From positions 11,160,001 through 11,224,000 of the forward strand of contig OZ004612.1 of assembly GCA_963924565.1 (NCBI GenBank): 64,000 bases of DNA, in the 5' to 3' direction. This DNA comes from Ascidiella aspersa. Lineage: Eukaryota. How positions within the stretch are numbered: position 1 is the first letter of the stretch; the number at the start of each line of letters is the position of its first letter. This document shows positions 1-64,000 of this stretch, piece after piece. The position numbers were made by a program, and so were the translations under genes. The notes beneath the pieces are model-generated. The model was not told the DNA's origin and did not search any database. It was given only the letters and a program-made list of their open reading frames with translations.

Positions 1-1586
1 TTATTTTAAAATAAAAAAGAGGTTTAATACATTGTAAGGTCACATCTAATCCTATTATGACTATTATTCCGGCGTACACAATATTTAAAGTAATATGCCG
101 ATAAATTGTTTTTACGTTCCAACCACGTGAATTTAGAGATTTGTTTATTGCCACATAATTTTCTTACTACTGTGCGTTGCTACAACAGAATAAACCGGTG
201 TGACTAACTGAAAAAGGCACTTTGATTAAAGTAAACTTGTTTTTTTTCGAACTATCTGTATATATACGATATTTTCGACGACAATCAATTGTATTGTAAA
301 AAGTTATTCGGAGGGGTCGTATATAAACAATACAGCAAGCTTGTCTGTCATACTCTCATTTGGTCCCAGTTTGTAATATAAATACTGAAGCCTCTCCATG
401 TGTTTTCCGATGAATTTATCTTTTTTGCCAAACACGTATCTCATAAGAACTTGAATAAAACGGCAGTGCAAACTTGTAAATATGTGTATTGAAATTTTTA
501 CTGCATTACAACAGACCACATTTATAAGGGTAAAACGTTACCTGCGGAGAGTTTTGTTGTTGACGAGTGTGTTTCGACGAATGCAGGCAAATGAACAATG
601 TAAACTGGCAAACGCCACAGCACGTGTAATTTTATTTACCATGATTTAAAATATATTACGTTTAAAATTCAGCAATTTGTGACGCGTATCCGTCTAAATA
701 CGATGAACTCATGTCTTTGAATTCCACACGAGTATAACTTTCCATAGTGGTAAATTCGAATACCGAAATAACACAACTGAGATGTCGAGCGTATGCAGAT
801 TTGATGAAATTATTCGGCAAGCAGGACCAGAAAATGAAAAACAAAAATATCTAGCACACGAGTAGAAAGCTTGTTTAGAAAGACCTCAATGCAAAGTAAA
901 TATCGCAGGCAAACAAACATCTGTAATCGTACTCCATCATATCAAGTACGTTAAAACGTTTCTTATTTGCATTAATTCAAATGCATAAAGAACATAATCA
1001 CTGTAGCGATATTCGCAAAGAAAAAGAAAGCAATTGATAATTTATGAATTGGCAGAATAAACCTATGTTACTTGCAATAGTACTGGATAGTTTTGCGTTT
1101 TTTAAGGCGAATAACTTATATGATTTTTTTATGAAATAGCTTGCAGAAGTAATTGGAATCAAATGGTATCATGAAATACAATGATATATAAACTGGTCGC
1201 ACACAATGGCGCAAATGAATTAATTGAGAATAGGTTTTGTTATATTTTATAAAGGTTAATATATACTCAAAAAGTAGATTGGTGTAGCGTGATTTTGGAA
1301 ACAGTATTCAGAAGTTTGAGGATATTTTGGAGCAACGTTCAGAGTCCAATCTCATGCGATCACACATTAATAATAAAACAAAAAGCACCTTGTGTATCAA
1401 TTGTTGACTAAAGTAAAAAAAATGTCAAGTTCATTTTTTCGACCCCATGCGACTGCGCAACCCTTGTCGATATGGCTGAAACAATTTTGCATGATGTTGC
1501 GTATTACTGGGAAAAGGACGAACATGGGATAGTGGCGATTTGATAAATGCACGACAAACAATGACGTCACGACACGCGTGATGACG

Positions 1587-53479
<51,893 letters not shown>

Positions 53480-54146
53480 ACTTCTATGCACTCAAGTTTA
53501 ACGTGATGCCATCCGAAAGCCCTTTCAACTTTCCATATATATCCATCCACACTTGTCCGTCCAAGTTGTTTTAGCAACCTTGCAGCTGGCCGCCTTTCTT
53601 CTATCGCTTGATTTCCTCGCGTTTTCCAGTCAATGCACGTAAAATGTTTCAACTGACAAACCGCCGGACGTTCACAGTAGTTGAGAAACAACAAGTTTCA
53701 GTTTGGCCACATTGCGTAACTTTACACTGCAATGCAAAATGTACAACGTAACCACTGATATACAATTCGTAAATTGATTAAAACGGAAACTCAGAATTGC
53801 GTTTTATCGTACTGTTCGCGGCGGCATCGTTAGCGCTGTGCTTCGACTACAAAAAGCGCGTAATGAGAGTAGGGTAGCCGCAAGCAAAAGATCGATCGTA
53901 GGTCTCTACTTGTTACACGCCAGCGCGCAGCAAACCATAGCGTCAAACCCGTGGACATCAGACGTCAATCCTCTATCTACCTTGTCTGGCGCACGACTGG
54001 AAGATTGGCGCGTATATTTACAGATCGAGGGGAAAAAAAGAAAAACGTCAAGCGCCCGACTAGAAAAATTTAATATGCACTAGTACACCGTCTAGCGGTT
54101 ATTTATTTCGAGTTGGTAGTCATTTAGTTTCGCAAATTGTTTAGAT

Positions 54147-54450
54147 CAAGGGCCTCAAACACGCTGCAACGCTACCATATTTTATGCGGTGAAAGATCTA
54201 CTATTACGTCACATTGCCTATTCAACTCCAACTCTAAGATTTGTTTCTGCTGACAATTTGAAGCCCAATATCGAGTTCCTTGTCCTTGAAAAACGCTGCC
54301 AGTAAAGTAGCCAGAACAAATAACTATAGCCTAAAATCAGCCTACATGTGTTTATATTTTATTGTGTCCTTATTTATTGTGAATTGCGGCCCTTGGGCAT
54401 TTTACACGTCCTCATTTGGCCCTCAGAGCAATTTGAGTTTGAGACCCTTG
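54147..54450. mobile_element. hAT-type MITE
   Basis: TIR CAAGGGCCTCAAAC / GTTTGAGACCCTTG; perfect 8-bp TSD GTTTAGAT. Confidence 0.85.
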
Positions 54451-54921
54451 GTTTAGATTATATTCATCTTTGCAGAATGTTTTACCTCGTTTTCAGGGAT
54501 TCTTTAACTAGTACTACATTTTTGTGCTTCGTGCAAATATTTACTTAGAAAAAATATTGATAAACATCGAAATTATAGGGAAAATATTTTAATTTTAATT
54601 TTTTCTAACATGAGCTAAACTAGATAAACGATCAAAATAAACGCGATTTCAAAAGGTATTTTGTTTTTCTTTACGAACATAAAGTAGCAACTGCCGGGAC
54701 TCCACAAACTACAAATTCTATCAAGGAAATAATCTAGTCAATTAATTTTTACGCTCTTTGCGTGAATCTATTTAGAGTTGGCTAAGTCGCAGAGTCTGGC
54801 AAAACCCATGCGACTCTTGTTCTGGTTGTATTTAAGTTTTTCAATTACAACCTGACTTGGGAAACTGATGACTTAAACTGGAACAAAACATGAAAAATCG
54901 TATTTTTAAAACCCTGTAAAT

Positions 54922-55931
54922 CAGGGGTGGGCAATTATTTTTAACCGCGGGCAGCATGAGACACTCAAAATGATGTGGCGGGCCGGATCAAAAATAGAAT
55001 CTCAAATATACGCAATATGACGTCATACTCTGACGGTATAAAAGAAATAAGCTAACGAACTTGTTATTACGTTTGGAGTTGTGCAAAAATGTGCAATTTT
55101 AGTCAAATTTAAAGGAAGCCACATGACGTCGCGTGAAGCGCGAAAAAATTGCGACTATATTCGTTTTAAAATGCAAACTTTAATTTAGATTTAACGGGCG
55201 CATGGAGAACAGGTAAAACGCATTGAGCACAGATAAAAACTATCTATTGCATCATATATTGACGTTTACCAAAAATTAAGATTAAAATGCGTAAAAATGT
55301 CGCACAAAAAATATTTTTTTGTTTTCTTGGGGCTTTAAGTTACCAATGTGTCACCTGCGGTAGAACGGCCATACTGCAAAGACGAGATAAATCGGAAGAA
55401 ACACACAAAATGGCATTAACTAAATTAGGTTGACAAAATGTGAATCAGTATATTTCAGAGTTAAGAAAACGGTCTACATTTCGTTCATATCTTAAAGACG
55501 GAATTCTGTTAACCGAAGCGCAGAAATATATAAATATTAAACTAAGTTTGTTAAACTTTCGTTGGGAAGAGTGTCACAGTGCAGAGGACGCTATTTGTCT
55601 GTAAAGATGCAAAAAATCGCGTGGCACATACAAGAAAGACGGAAGAGATTCGCGCGCAGCGCGAAAACTATTTCCGTTAAGGATTTGTTGTGGAAAAGCT
55701 CTAAACGCGAAGTGCGAAAACTCGCGAATACCCAAAAGCTGGTGGCGGGCTGAACAGGCTAAAAATTTAATTTGGCGGGATAATGACTAGATTCGTCCCT
55801 GGATAAAGTGTTTACGGTACAACCAAACATGTAGAAACTCACCCCTGTTTTCGCTTAGCCTATGTATTTCCAGGAAAATACGCCGCGGGCCGGATTAAAC
55901 TACTCGGCGGGCCGTATGTTGCCCAGGTCTG
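54922..55931. mobile_element. ~1-kb non-autonomous hAT element
   Basis: Imperfect TIR CAGGGGTGGGCAA / TTGCCCAGGTCTG; GCGGGCCG subterminal motifs; perfect TSD CTGTAAAT. Confidence 0.85.
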
Positions 55932-56646
55932 CTGTAAATCGTAACAAAACTTGGAAATCGTATTTTCGAGAAAAGCAATCAATAACATTACACCGAACAA
56001 ACTGCAACTCACGTTAATACATTTTGAGATTAAGACATAACAATCATCTTTAACAACTCTAATATGCTACAGTTGTTGACGTTTTTCATTGACGACTTTA
56101 ATGTGCTACATATGTTGACGTTTAGCAGTAGAAAATCACAAATATCGAGCTACATTGCGTAATTTTCCAGTAAAAAAGTATATTTAAGCGCCTCTATGCC
56201 CTGCCTGTGCTGTCTTCCTATCTATTTGAAAGCACTGCCTGTCTTATGCAAATGATTTAAGTTTATAGAAAAAGTACAGGCATATGTTTTTTGTAGCTAC
56301 CAATCATATTATTCGAAGAGGGGGCGGCTTTCGGTGAATTGTCTCAAGGGAGCCACAGCACAGAAGTTTAAGAATCATGCACTAATTTATCGAATGATTT
56401 TGCTAAAATAGTTAATTTTTGCTAAAACTGATTTTGCTAAATAGTTAAAGGATGTGTTGTTAATACTTGAAGGATTATATTGGATAATATATATAGCCAA
56501 AAAAACAGAGCAATTTTATGTGGATCAGGACTGTTCCCTCCTGAAAGTTCACAAAATACATCACAGGTCAGAATGAAATATATTTTTTTGCTGTCACAGT
56601 TGTAACATACACTAATAACAACCTAATTTGTACTACACAAACTTAC

Positions 56647-56692
56647 CGTCGCATCAAACGACGCATGGCCTAACGCCTGTTTTGTTACGCTT
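56647..56692 (-). other. Candidate 46-nt 5'UTR exon
   Basis: GCTTTCAG| acceptor and ACG|GTAAGT consensus donor, ~3.2 kb upstream of the PLEKHH start codon. Confidence 0.3.
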
Positions 56693-59428
56693 CTGAAAGC
56701 TCACAACTAACATACACGGCGTTTAAGTAGAGGAGAGGCATTTTCCAAATAGTCGACTAGTTCAAGTAGCGAAAAGGGTGATATTGCATTCCGACTTTTA
56801 ACTAGATTTTGAAATATGACGTATTTCAATACCGTTTTTTAAAGTAGGAGTAAAAAGCTACTTTTCAAATATTTTTGCAGTATTTTCATGTCCGGTTATT
56901 CAATGCTGGCTTTAATAAAAATGGCACTGTTAACCTTTTAAAAGAAAGGTCGGACGCCCTTGTAAAAGTATTAACCTTTTTGCTTTCGGAAATTGCCAGC
57001 ATCACGTGACGAAGTAAACGAACGTTCCAGTTTCGGGTAGACCATGCCAAACACTCTCCTACAATAAACCTTACGTTAAATCCACCGCTTGTTAATGACG
57101 GCTGTCGTCTAAGATCAATAATATTTTTTTACAACTCTGACGTGTGTCCAAAAAATATCCAAGGAAGCGCGAATGGTTGTTGTGATTTAAATTAATAGAG
57201 CTATAATATCGTCGTCGAATGCATAAATTACACATTCAGGCATACGGTAAAGAACTACCTAGTGAAACTTAATTTGAGCGAAAAGTACAAATACATAAAG
57301 CGGACAAGAAAGTATATTTCCAGAACTTCGACTTCTAAAGATTTTTTTTAACTTAACGTGTTTATTAAAGCGATCATATGAAAAGTGAAAAAACAAAAAC
57401 AAGTAAGGTTGAGCCATATATAGTTATGGACCTAAATCAAACACGTGGGCGACAATAAATAAAATGTCACCAAACCATCGGCGGGCAGCGAATCAAACCG
57501 AAAAACGACCGGTTCGCACACTTTCGACTTGCCGCCGATGCGCAGAGCAGGCTTCAAGCGTCCGGTTGGCGTTCGGCGCGCACTATATTTCACGTCCGTC
57601 GACGCCGCGGCCCGGAAGCCATCCAAAGTTCACATTTCGCAAGAGGCGCGAAAACGAACGATACGCTATTTTTCTGAATGGCTATTTTTTTGGCAGTTTT
57701 TTTGGTGGGTTCGACTTTTCAAAGCACTGCCATAGACCAAACCCGTGCTAGTTTCGACTACAGATTATCACAACATGCTATATTAACGTTCTTGGATTTT
57801 ACGTTTGGTTCAGATATTTTTGTTTAACCCGATAAAACTTCAGACATATAAGAAAAATAGAACAACGAAAAACCTTGAAAAAGTGATTTTTCCTAAAAAA
57901 AAACTTAAGAACAAATATTTGTGTGGTTTTAGGATTAAAAAATTAGTTCACGTTTACATTCCATTTCCTGTAATTACACGGATTGTGGAAAAGCTCTAAA
58001 CGCGAAGTGCGAAAACTCGCGAATACCCAAAAGCTGGCGGAGGGCCGATCGCAACCCGTCCGGTCGGGCGAACGCACGCGATGGGTCAGTGTGTGTGCGT
58101 ACACCGGCTGCGCGCGGAGTTGTGGCAAATCGGAAAAAAGAGGAAACACAGATAATTCTGCCGCGATCGCAGTTAATTGTGTCATCAAGGCAACAGCATC
58201 GCAGCAGGAACGACGGTGCATAGGCTGTGCTATATTCGTACGGGGCCGCTATTAACTCGCGCAGTAGAGACCACCTCGGAAGTAACCCGCTAGAACAATA
58301 GTCGGCCGCACGGCGCGCACCTTTATACCGAGACTTGTGCATGTGTGCTGCTGGTAAACGGTGACAATACACCGCGATACGCGCTGGTCCGGAGTGCTGC
58401 AAGAAAACCAGCGCGGCTGTACAGTCATAGTCGTACGGAACCGCGAGCAGACCGCAGCGCTGTACAGTGATAAATGCCGATTGTTTCATGTTGTATAGTG
58501 ATATATATGCTGATTGTTGCAGGCCGGCTATAGCTTCTGGTGTAGTGTTGAGGTGGCGACGGAAACTTTTCAGAGAAAAGCGGTTAATAGCGACGCATTG
58601 AGTCACGGCTATAGAGCGTTCGCCGTTTGTACGAGAGGAATAGACGGACGGCGGGATTCGCGCCCATTAATCGTCGGACGAATCACTGCTGCGTGATAAA
58701 TACTTCTGCCTATACTGAGTGACTGGATCTCCATCCTCTACTGCCCGCCTCCGCCTCCGCCGCCGCCGCTGGAAACGCGATGGCTTTCTATCACAGCATT
58801 TACGGCGCCGTCGCAGCAGGTAGGAATCGATACGCAAATTTTTTTTTGGGGGGGGGGAATTAACTTTTCTGAATAATAAGCATACGATATACAATTATAC
58901 ACGGATTTATCCTATTTTTTAATTCATCTCCGACTTTAAAATATTTTTTTAAACTTGACGTGTGTACAAAAGCGATCATACAAAAGGTCAAAAAACAGAA
59001 TTGCGAGTAGGGTTGTGCCGAAGATAGTTATACCAACTTTTCTGAATAATCAGAATGCTATATACATGGATTTATCCTGTTTTTTAATTTTGAAAACAAT
59101 CTCGCGATTTTTTCCCGGTTCTGCCTATTTTAATTTTGTTTAAACGTATAAACGTTTTTAACGTAACATAAACTGGCGAAAAGCCCCGCTGTAGGTTTAA
59201 TATTTGAAGTGTGCCTTAAATAAACCCTCTAGGAGTTGTACTGAAAACACGTGTTTAAAATGTGAAAATTAATATAGGAAATACGAATTTGTATTTAAGT
59301 GTCATCACTATTTATTAAAAGGTCAAAAAAATTGAGAAGTGAGCATTAAACAAAATCGATTGGCAGTTACAACAGTTGAACTCAATATTTAAATAGGGGT
59401 TTTAATCATCTGTATTTATACTCTATAT

Positions 59429-59746
59429 CAGGGGTGTCCAACATAAGGCACATTTGGCCAACGACCTAATAAAAAAAAGGCACGCAAGCCTCCAAAACAT
59501 ACAGCCAATTGTCAAAAAAGATAATTTTGTCATTCAGCCAATTGTCATTGTTTATTTACAATACAAAACAATCCCAGCAATTACGACAACAAAGAATTAC
59601 TTCTGATATTATAACACTATACTGTTTTTATATTTTGTATAAAAGCGCTTTTAATATTAGAAAAAAAATAGTTGCTAAACTTTGGCATGGGAAAAAGTTA
59701 TAAGATAAAAATTGGCACGTTGGCATGTTTGAGGTGGACAACCCTG
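59429..59746. mobile_element. hAT-type MITE
   Basis: TIR CAGGGGTGTCCA / TGGACAACCCTG; GGCACG subterminal motifs; degenerate TSD CTCTATAT / TTCTACAT. Confidence 0.75.
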
Positions 59747-60376
59747 TTCTACATGGGGTAAAACAGGAATCTCAAAATTAGCCTATGCCCAATCGTGCAA
59801 CGTCAAAAGGGTAATGCTTGATAATCGGTTGTTAAAAGCTAAAAACTAGAAAAAAGTAAGTTTGTTGGTCAGCCGAAGCGCGTGCAAAGTGCGACAACTG
59901 TAAATAAGTGTACCGGAGCGGAAACGCAACCAACTCTGCACACAAACAAAAGGTGCGACGTAGCGAGCGCCGACCAGTGACTAATCGCAAAAGTCTGAGC
60001 CGGCGCACAACAACATTCGAACATTTGTTTGCTGTGTTTTCAGGCTTTGTTTGTTTTCGTTTTGGTGCTTGACCGAACTGTTTGGACGCCGTATATGTGA
60101 TGTTTAAAAGATGTTAACCAAGTTTCAAACTTGGGGATCCGTCCGCGGTTTGGTATTTGTCCCGTAACACACGATAAGAACTTCAAATCAACAATATCTA
60201 AAGCAGAATGATCTATAAAACCGTAGTATTAAGACCAACGACATATTAAACCTAAATACGCAGTAGTATAAGACATCTACAACCGTCTGATTTAGATGTA
60301 AACCTGTCGGACCTAAATTCACCGAAATAAGACCTAAGTGGACAAAATAACACCCAAAACTGATAAAGGAATGTTA

Positions 60377-60620
60377 TGGGACGACCGGGGGACACCTGTC
60401 TTGCATCGGCCGTTTTGGTGTCGTCGTTTGGGTGCCCTAGTTTGAACGTCCCGTTTGGGCGCCCCTGTTTTGGAACCGGATTGTTTGTACTGTTCGGGGT
60501 TAGAGGCGGATGATAGGTGGGGTTAGAAATTGGCTTGGGGTTGAGATTAATAGGGAAGTTAGTGATGAAATTCGTGGTTGGGTTTGGTAAAAGTTTGTAT
60601 GGGCATTATTGTGGCCAGTT
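60377..60620 (+). repeat. Dispersed repeat with GGGTTA-like tract (copy 3)
   Basis: Similar to 7659-7920. Confidence 0.7.
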
Positions 60621-61331
60621 ATGTCTAATTACGACGGGTTGGGGACTTACAGAATCAAGATGACATGTCCCCTTGAAGTATTTTAGGAATGTGTGCTTAT
60701 TTTAGCTATTATGGGTACGAACTTTGTGTCTACAAATTGATAAAACACACCAATTTAAAGTACATTCCCCATTTTTTTTTATTCCTGTTTTTGTTTTGTA
60801 TTCTGCGTGTGCTTTGATTTTTATAAAATAGATTTTCAGTTAGACACAATTACCGCTGCTCGCGTGGACTTATAGGAAATACACTATCAAATGGATGTAT
60901 ATTTCTATTTCACGACACAGCAGAACTATTGTGACGTGTTTCTCCGCTACATTATTAAAATATTTCAATATTTCCGTCGTAGAGCATTAGTAGGTCCAAT
61001 ATAAAAAAAGGTATTTGTTTGTTCTTATGTTGGTTTCAGCGTTTTTTTTTTCAATAGCACAGCGCTGTTTTCAAATGCTTATGACATCGTTCGTCAAACA
61101 ATATTATAGCAATACTGCTAGCGAACATGTCAATTCGAAGTATAGTGCCGATCAAACCGACCATTTAAAAATAACAATGGTTTGACAACAATCGACTGCA
61201 ATCAATTCAATTCCGTACTCTGCACCGTTGTTAAAATTTCGTATTGCGGAGCTATAGTGTCAAATGTGACGACACAAATTGGCTTAAGGTAAAACCGCAA
61301 ATAGCATTAGCATTACAACGAATCCTAAGTA

Positions 61332-61384
61332 AAGTAATACGGTTTCATGAAGTAATACGGTTTCATGAAGTAATACGGTTCATG
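61332..61384. repeat. Tandem repeat 3 x 18 bp (AAGTAATACGGTTTCATG)
   Basis: Direct reading. Confidence 0.9.
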
Positions 61385-64000
61385 CACTGTAAATTGAAAT
61401 CCAAGCCTAGGGGTGGAAATTGTTGAGCTTTGGGGTGGTCCACTCGAACATGGAAAATTCCATCCCACCATGGTAATAAGCAACCCCATGGATGGGAATT
61501 CCAGGCATGGAATTTTCCATCCTATATGCTTTGAAACTTTAGGGATGGGTTTGGCTACCCTCCTTTTTGGATAGTAATACGCATGGAATTATCCATCCTA
61601 CAAATTTTTCTATCTTTGTCAATCGGTTTCGGCCGTCATTCCTACTTGATATTACCACGCATATAATACCGATGTGAAGTTTATTGAAAGAAAAATGTTA
61701 AAGAGTAAAGTACGAAAAACTTACAACAATTTCAGGTAACAATAAATAGCTAGTTATCAAAGGTGAATAGTAAAAGGCAAACGGAACATACGACAAAAAA
61801 ATAAATAGAGACATGTTATTATATATTTCCAAAAATTATATGTTTTTTATAGTCATATCTTTGTTTTTTCTAAATGTTAAGTAAATTAATTAACTCCGGC
61901 AAAGGAAACTGATACACAACAACAAGTAAGCATTATACAAGGATAGCATTATAACCTTGGTTGTGCAATGTGCAGTGTCATCATTGGTATCAGTGGTGTA
62001 CTCTGAAAAACATTCACAATTTATTAAAATCGTTAACAAAGGGAATCTTAGTCTTCTAATTTACATTAATATACAGGTGGTTGTTATTAAACAGCTAAAA
62101 AACTTAATTTGAAAATGCACCAACAGGCCAAACTTTACAGTTTTGTTCATGGATTAATCTTGTATGGTTACAAAATACTTAACACAGCCTTGAAACTACT
62201 AAACAAAAATTAGAACTCGTGATTACTATTTAATGCCAGTGGTCCCAAAAGTGCCAGTGGTTGTATTGCATATCTATATACCAGGATAATTTGCAGTAGT
62301 TTAAGATGTTTAAAAAACTGTGACTGCACTTCTCTTTTGAAACAGTTAATAAGGTAAAAATGAAAATTACATGCCTTTAAATTGTTTTACAATGGTTCCA
62401 ATTAGGTTACAAGTTTTACGATCTCTAGTATAGCATATTGGGAAGTTTGACCTGCATTGCAAACTTATCTGAAACTTAAATTAGCAAATGCACAAAAACG
62501 TTAGCCATTGCCTACAGTTTTTTTTATATTTATAGAGCCGTGCAAATTAAATTCATTACAAGTACAACAGCATATTTTAAAGCTGCTTTCCCTTGTGCAA
62601 TTACCAAAGTTTTTGATCGGGTATAAGCATTTTAAAATAATTTTATAAGATAAATTTGGTTATAGTTAAACAAATTGACACAGAATACATAAAGGTTTAA
62701 AAACATACACTGGTGATAGAAGGCTTTTTTGGAGGTCAAAGTTGCAGAGGCAAAACTGATGCTTGATGAAACTAAAAAAACAAAAAACATTACACTCTTA
62801 AATTGTGATTAAAAGTAATAGAGTTATTTCCAACCTTTTGGTTCTTGCAACCCCCTTTTCATTATTTGTTTAAAACTTTAGTGACTACTATTAATTAGTA
62901 GTGAAACAAAGTGCCATACAAGAAAGCTAAATTTTAATTATATAAGCAGAAAAAGGCATGTTTTCTCAATATTTACTAAATGGGTAACTTTTAAAGCTGC
63001 AAAAATTCCAACATAAGGTTAAAGATGAACCTAAAGATGTGAAACTAGTTAAATATCCATGCGTCTTAAAATAATGAGGTTAAACATTCTTATTAACAAA
63101 CAACTTGATGGTAAGAATTAGGTTTTTGTTGTTATAAAGCAAAACAGTAGAGTCCAAAATCTAAAATAATAAATAAAAATCATGTACTTTGTATAGTATG
63201 CTATTTAACCAACTTAATTAAGATTTACCTGCAAATTTTGAGCAGCCATCCTAATTAAAAAATCTTTCACATCCAAGCTTCAAACCCAACAGGTCCGTTC
63301 GCATTTATTGGTATTTTTCTCCGATATCTTCAGTGTTTTTCAGATTTCCAGGTGTGCAATTAGGATTTTATGCTCATACTGTATAAATATTTTAGATGTG
63401 CCCTAAGACTTGCCCGCAGATGTAATAACCTTGTTTCCTAGGTTAGATACAAATTTAGTGCACGCTAAAAGTAATTTTATTCAATAAATTCATTTTTTTA
63501 TTCTTAGATAAACCTATAAATATAACTACAAATACAGCTTATAGCTCACTATCCTAAACACATATTTGATAGCAAGCCTAAATATTTTATCTTCCCTCGA
63601 GAAACTCCAGCGCTAAGCTGCCTGACTTACTTTTAGCTTCTGATGCTAAACGTTCAAGCTTGATTGTGATGTCATCCGCATATTGGCCAATCGGGCGTCT
63701 GGAGTTTAAAAATATGCGCGCCGTTCGAAAATAGCGCAATATAATAAATTGCAATGACAGCGGGTAATGGTCGTCGCGAAGTTGAAGCAGCGGGGAGCCA
63801 TTATTGCGTTTCGCATAAAAGCGCATGAGTAGCAAAGTATGAGAATTACTTTTCAATGCGTTTTAGTTGATGTTCAACCTTTACCAATAAAACATCTTCA
63901 AATATTTCACATCTTTATTCCCGGATATATAAATATACTATTTTTGATAAATAAGTAGCCTAAATAAGAAAACTTAAGAAAAAAATAAATAAGAAACTTT

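Noticed and set aside
57974-58606. 210-aa minus-strand ORF
   Set aside because: Lies in a GC-rich repeat-like block with non-protein-like composition and no motifs

Overview
Eukaryotic (metazoan, invertebrate-type; possibly a tunicate, but this is unconfirmed) genomic DNA with AT-rich introns and GC-rich exons. One gene dominates the window: a minus-strand PLEKHH1/PLEKHH2 (MAX-1) family gene (N-terminal coiled coil, long low-complexity region, PH-PH-MyTH4-FERM). I reconstructed 25 coding exons by hand from 53479 (ATG) to 1587 (TGA). All introns are GT-AG with consistent phases, giving 4548 nt / 1515 aa. The introns and upstream region hold many small non-autonomous repeats: hAT-type MITEs with 8-bp TSDs, a three-copy repeat with GGGTTA-like tracts, minisatellites and a tRNA-like relic. 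The most unusual signal is a set of short fold-back (palindromic) elements from at least three sequence families. Their arms each carry an outward-pointing minimal hammerhead-ribozyme-like motif (CTGAAGA-stem-GAAACGTH, in several arms followed by AATAAA), resembling inverted Penelope-like termini, and most are decayed at CpG sites. Two splice acceptors of the gene are locally duplicated, creating decoy acceptors that lead to in-frame stops.
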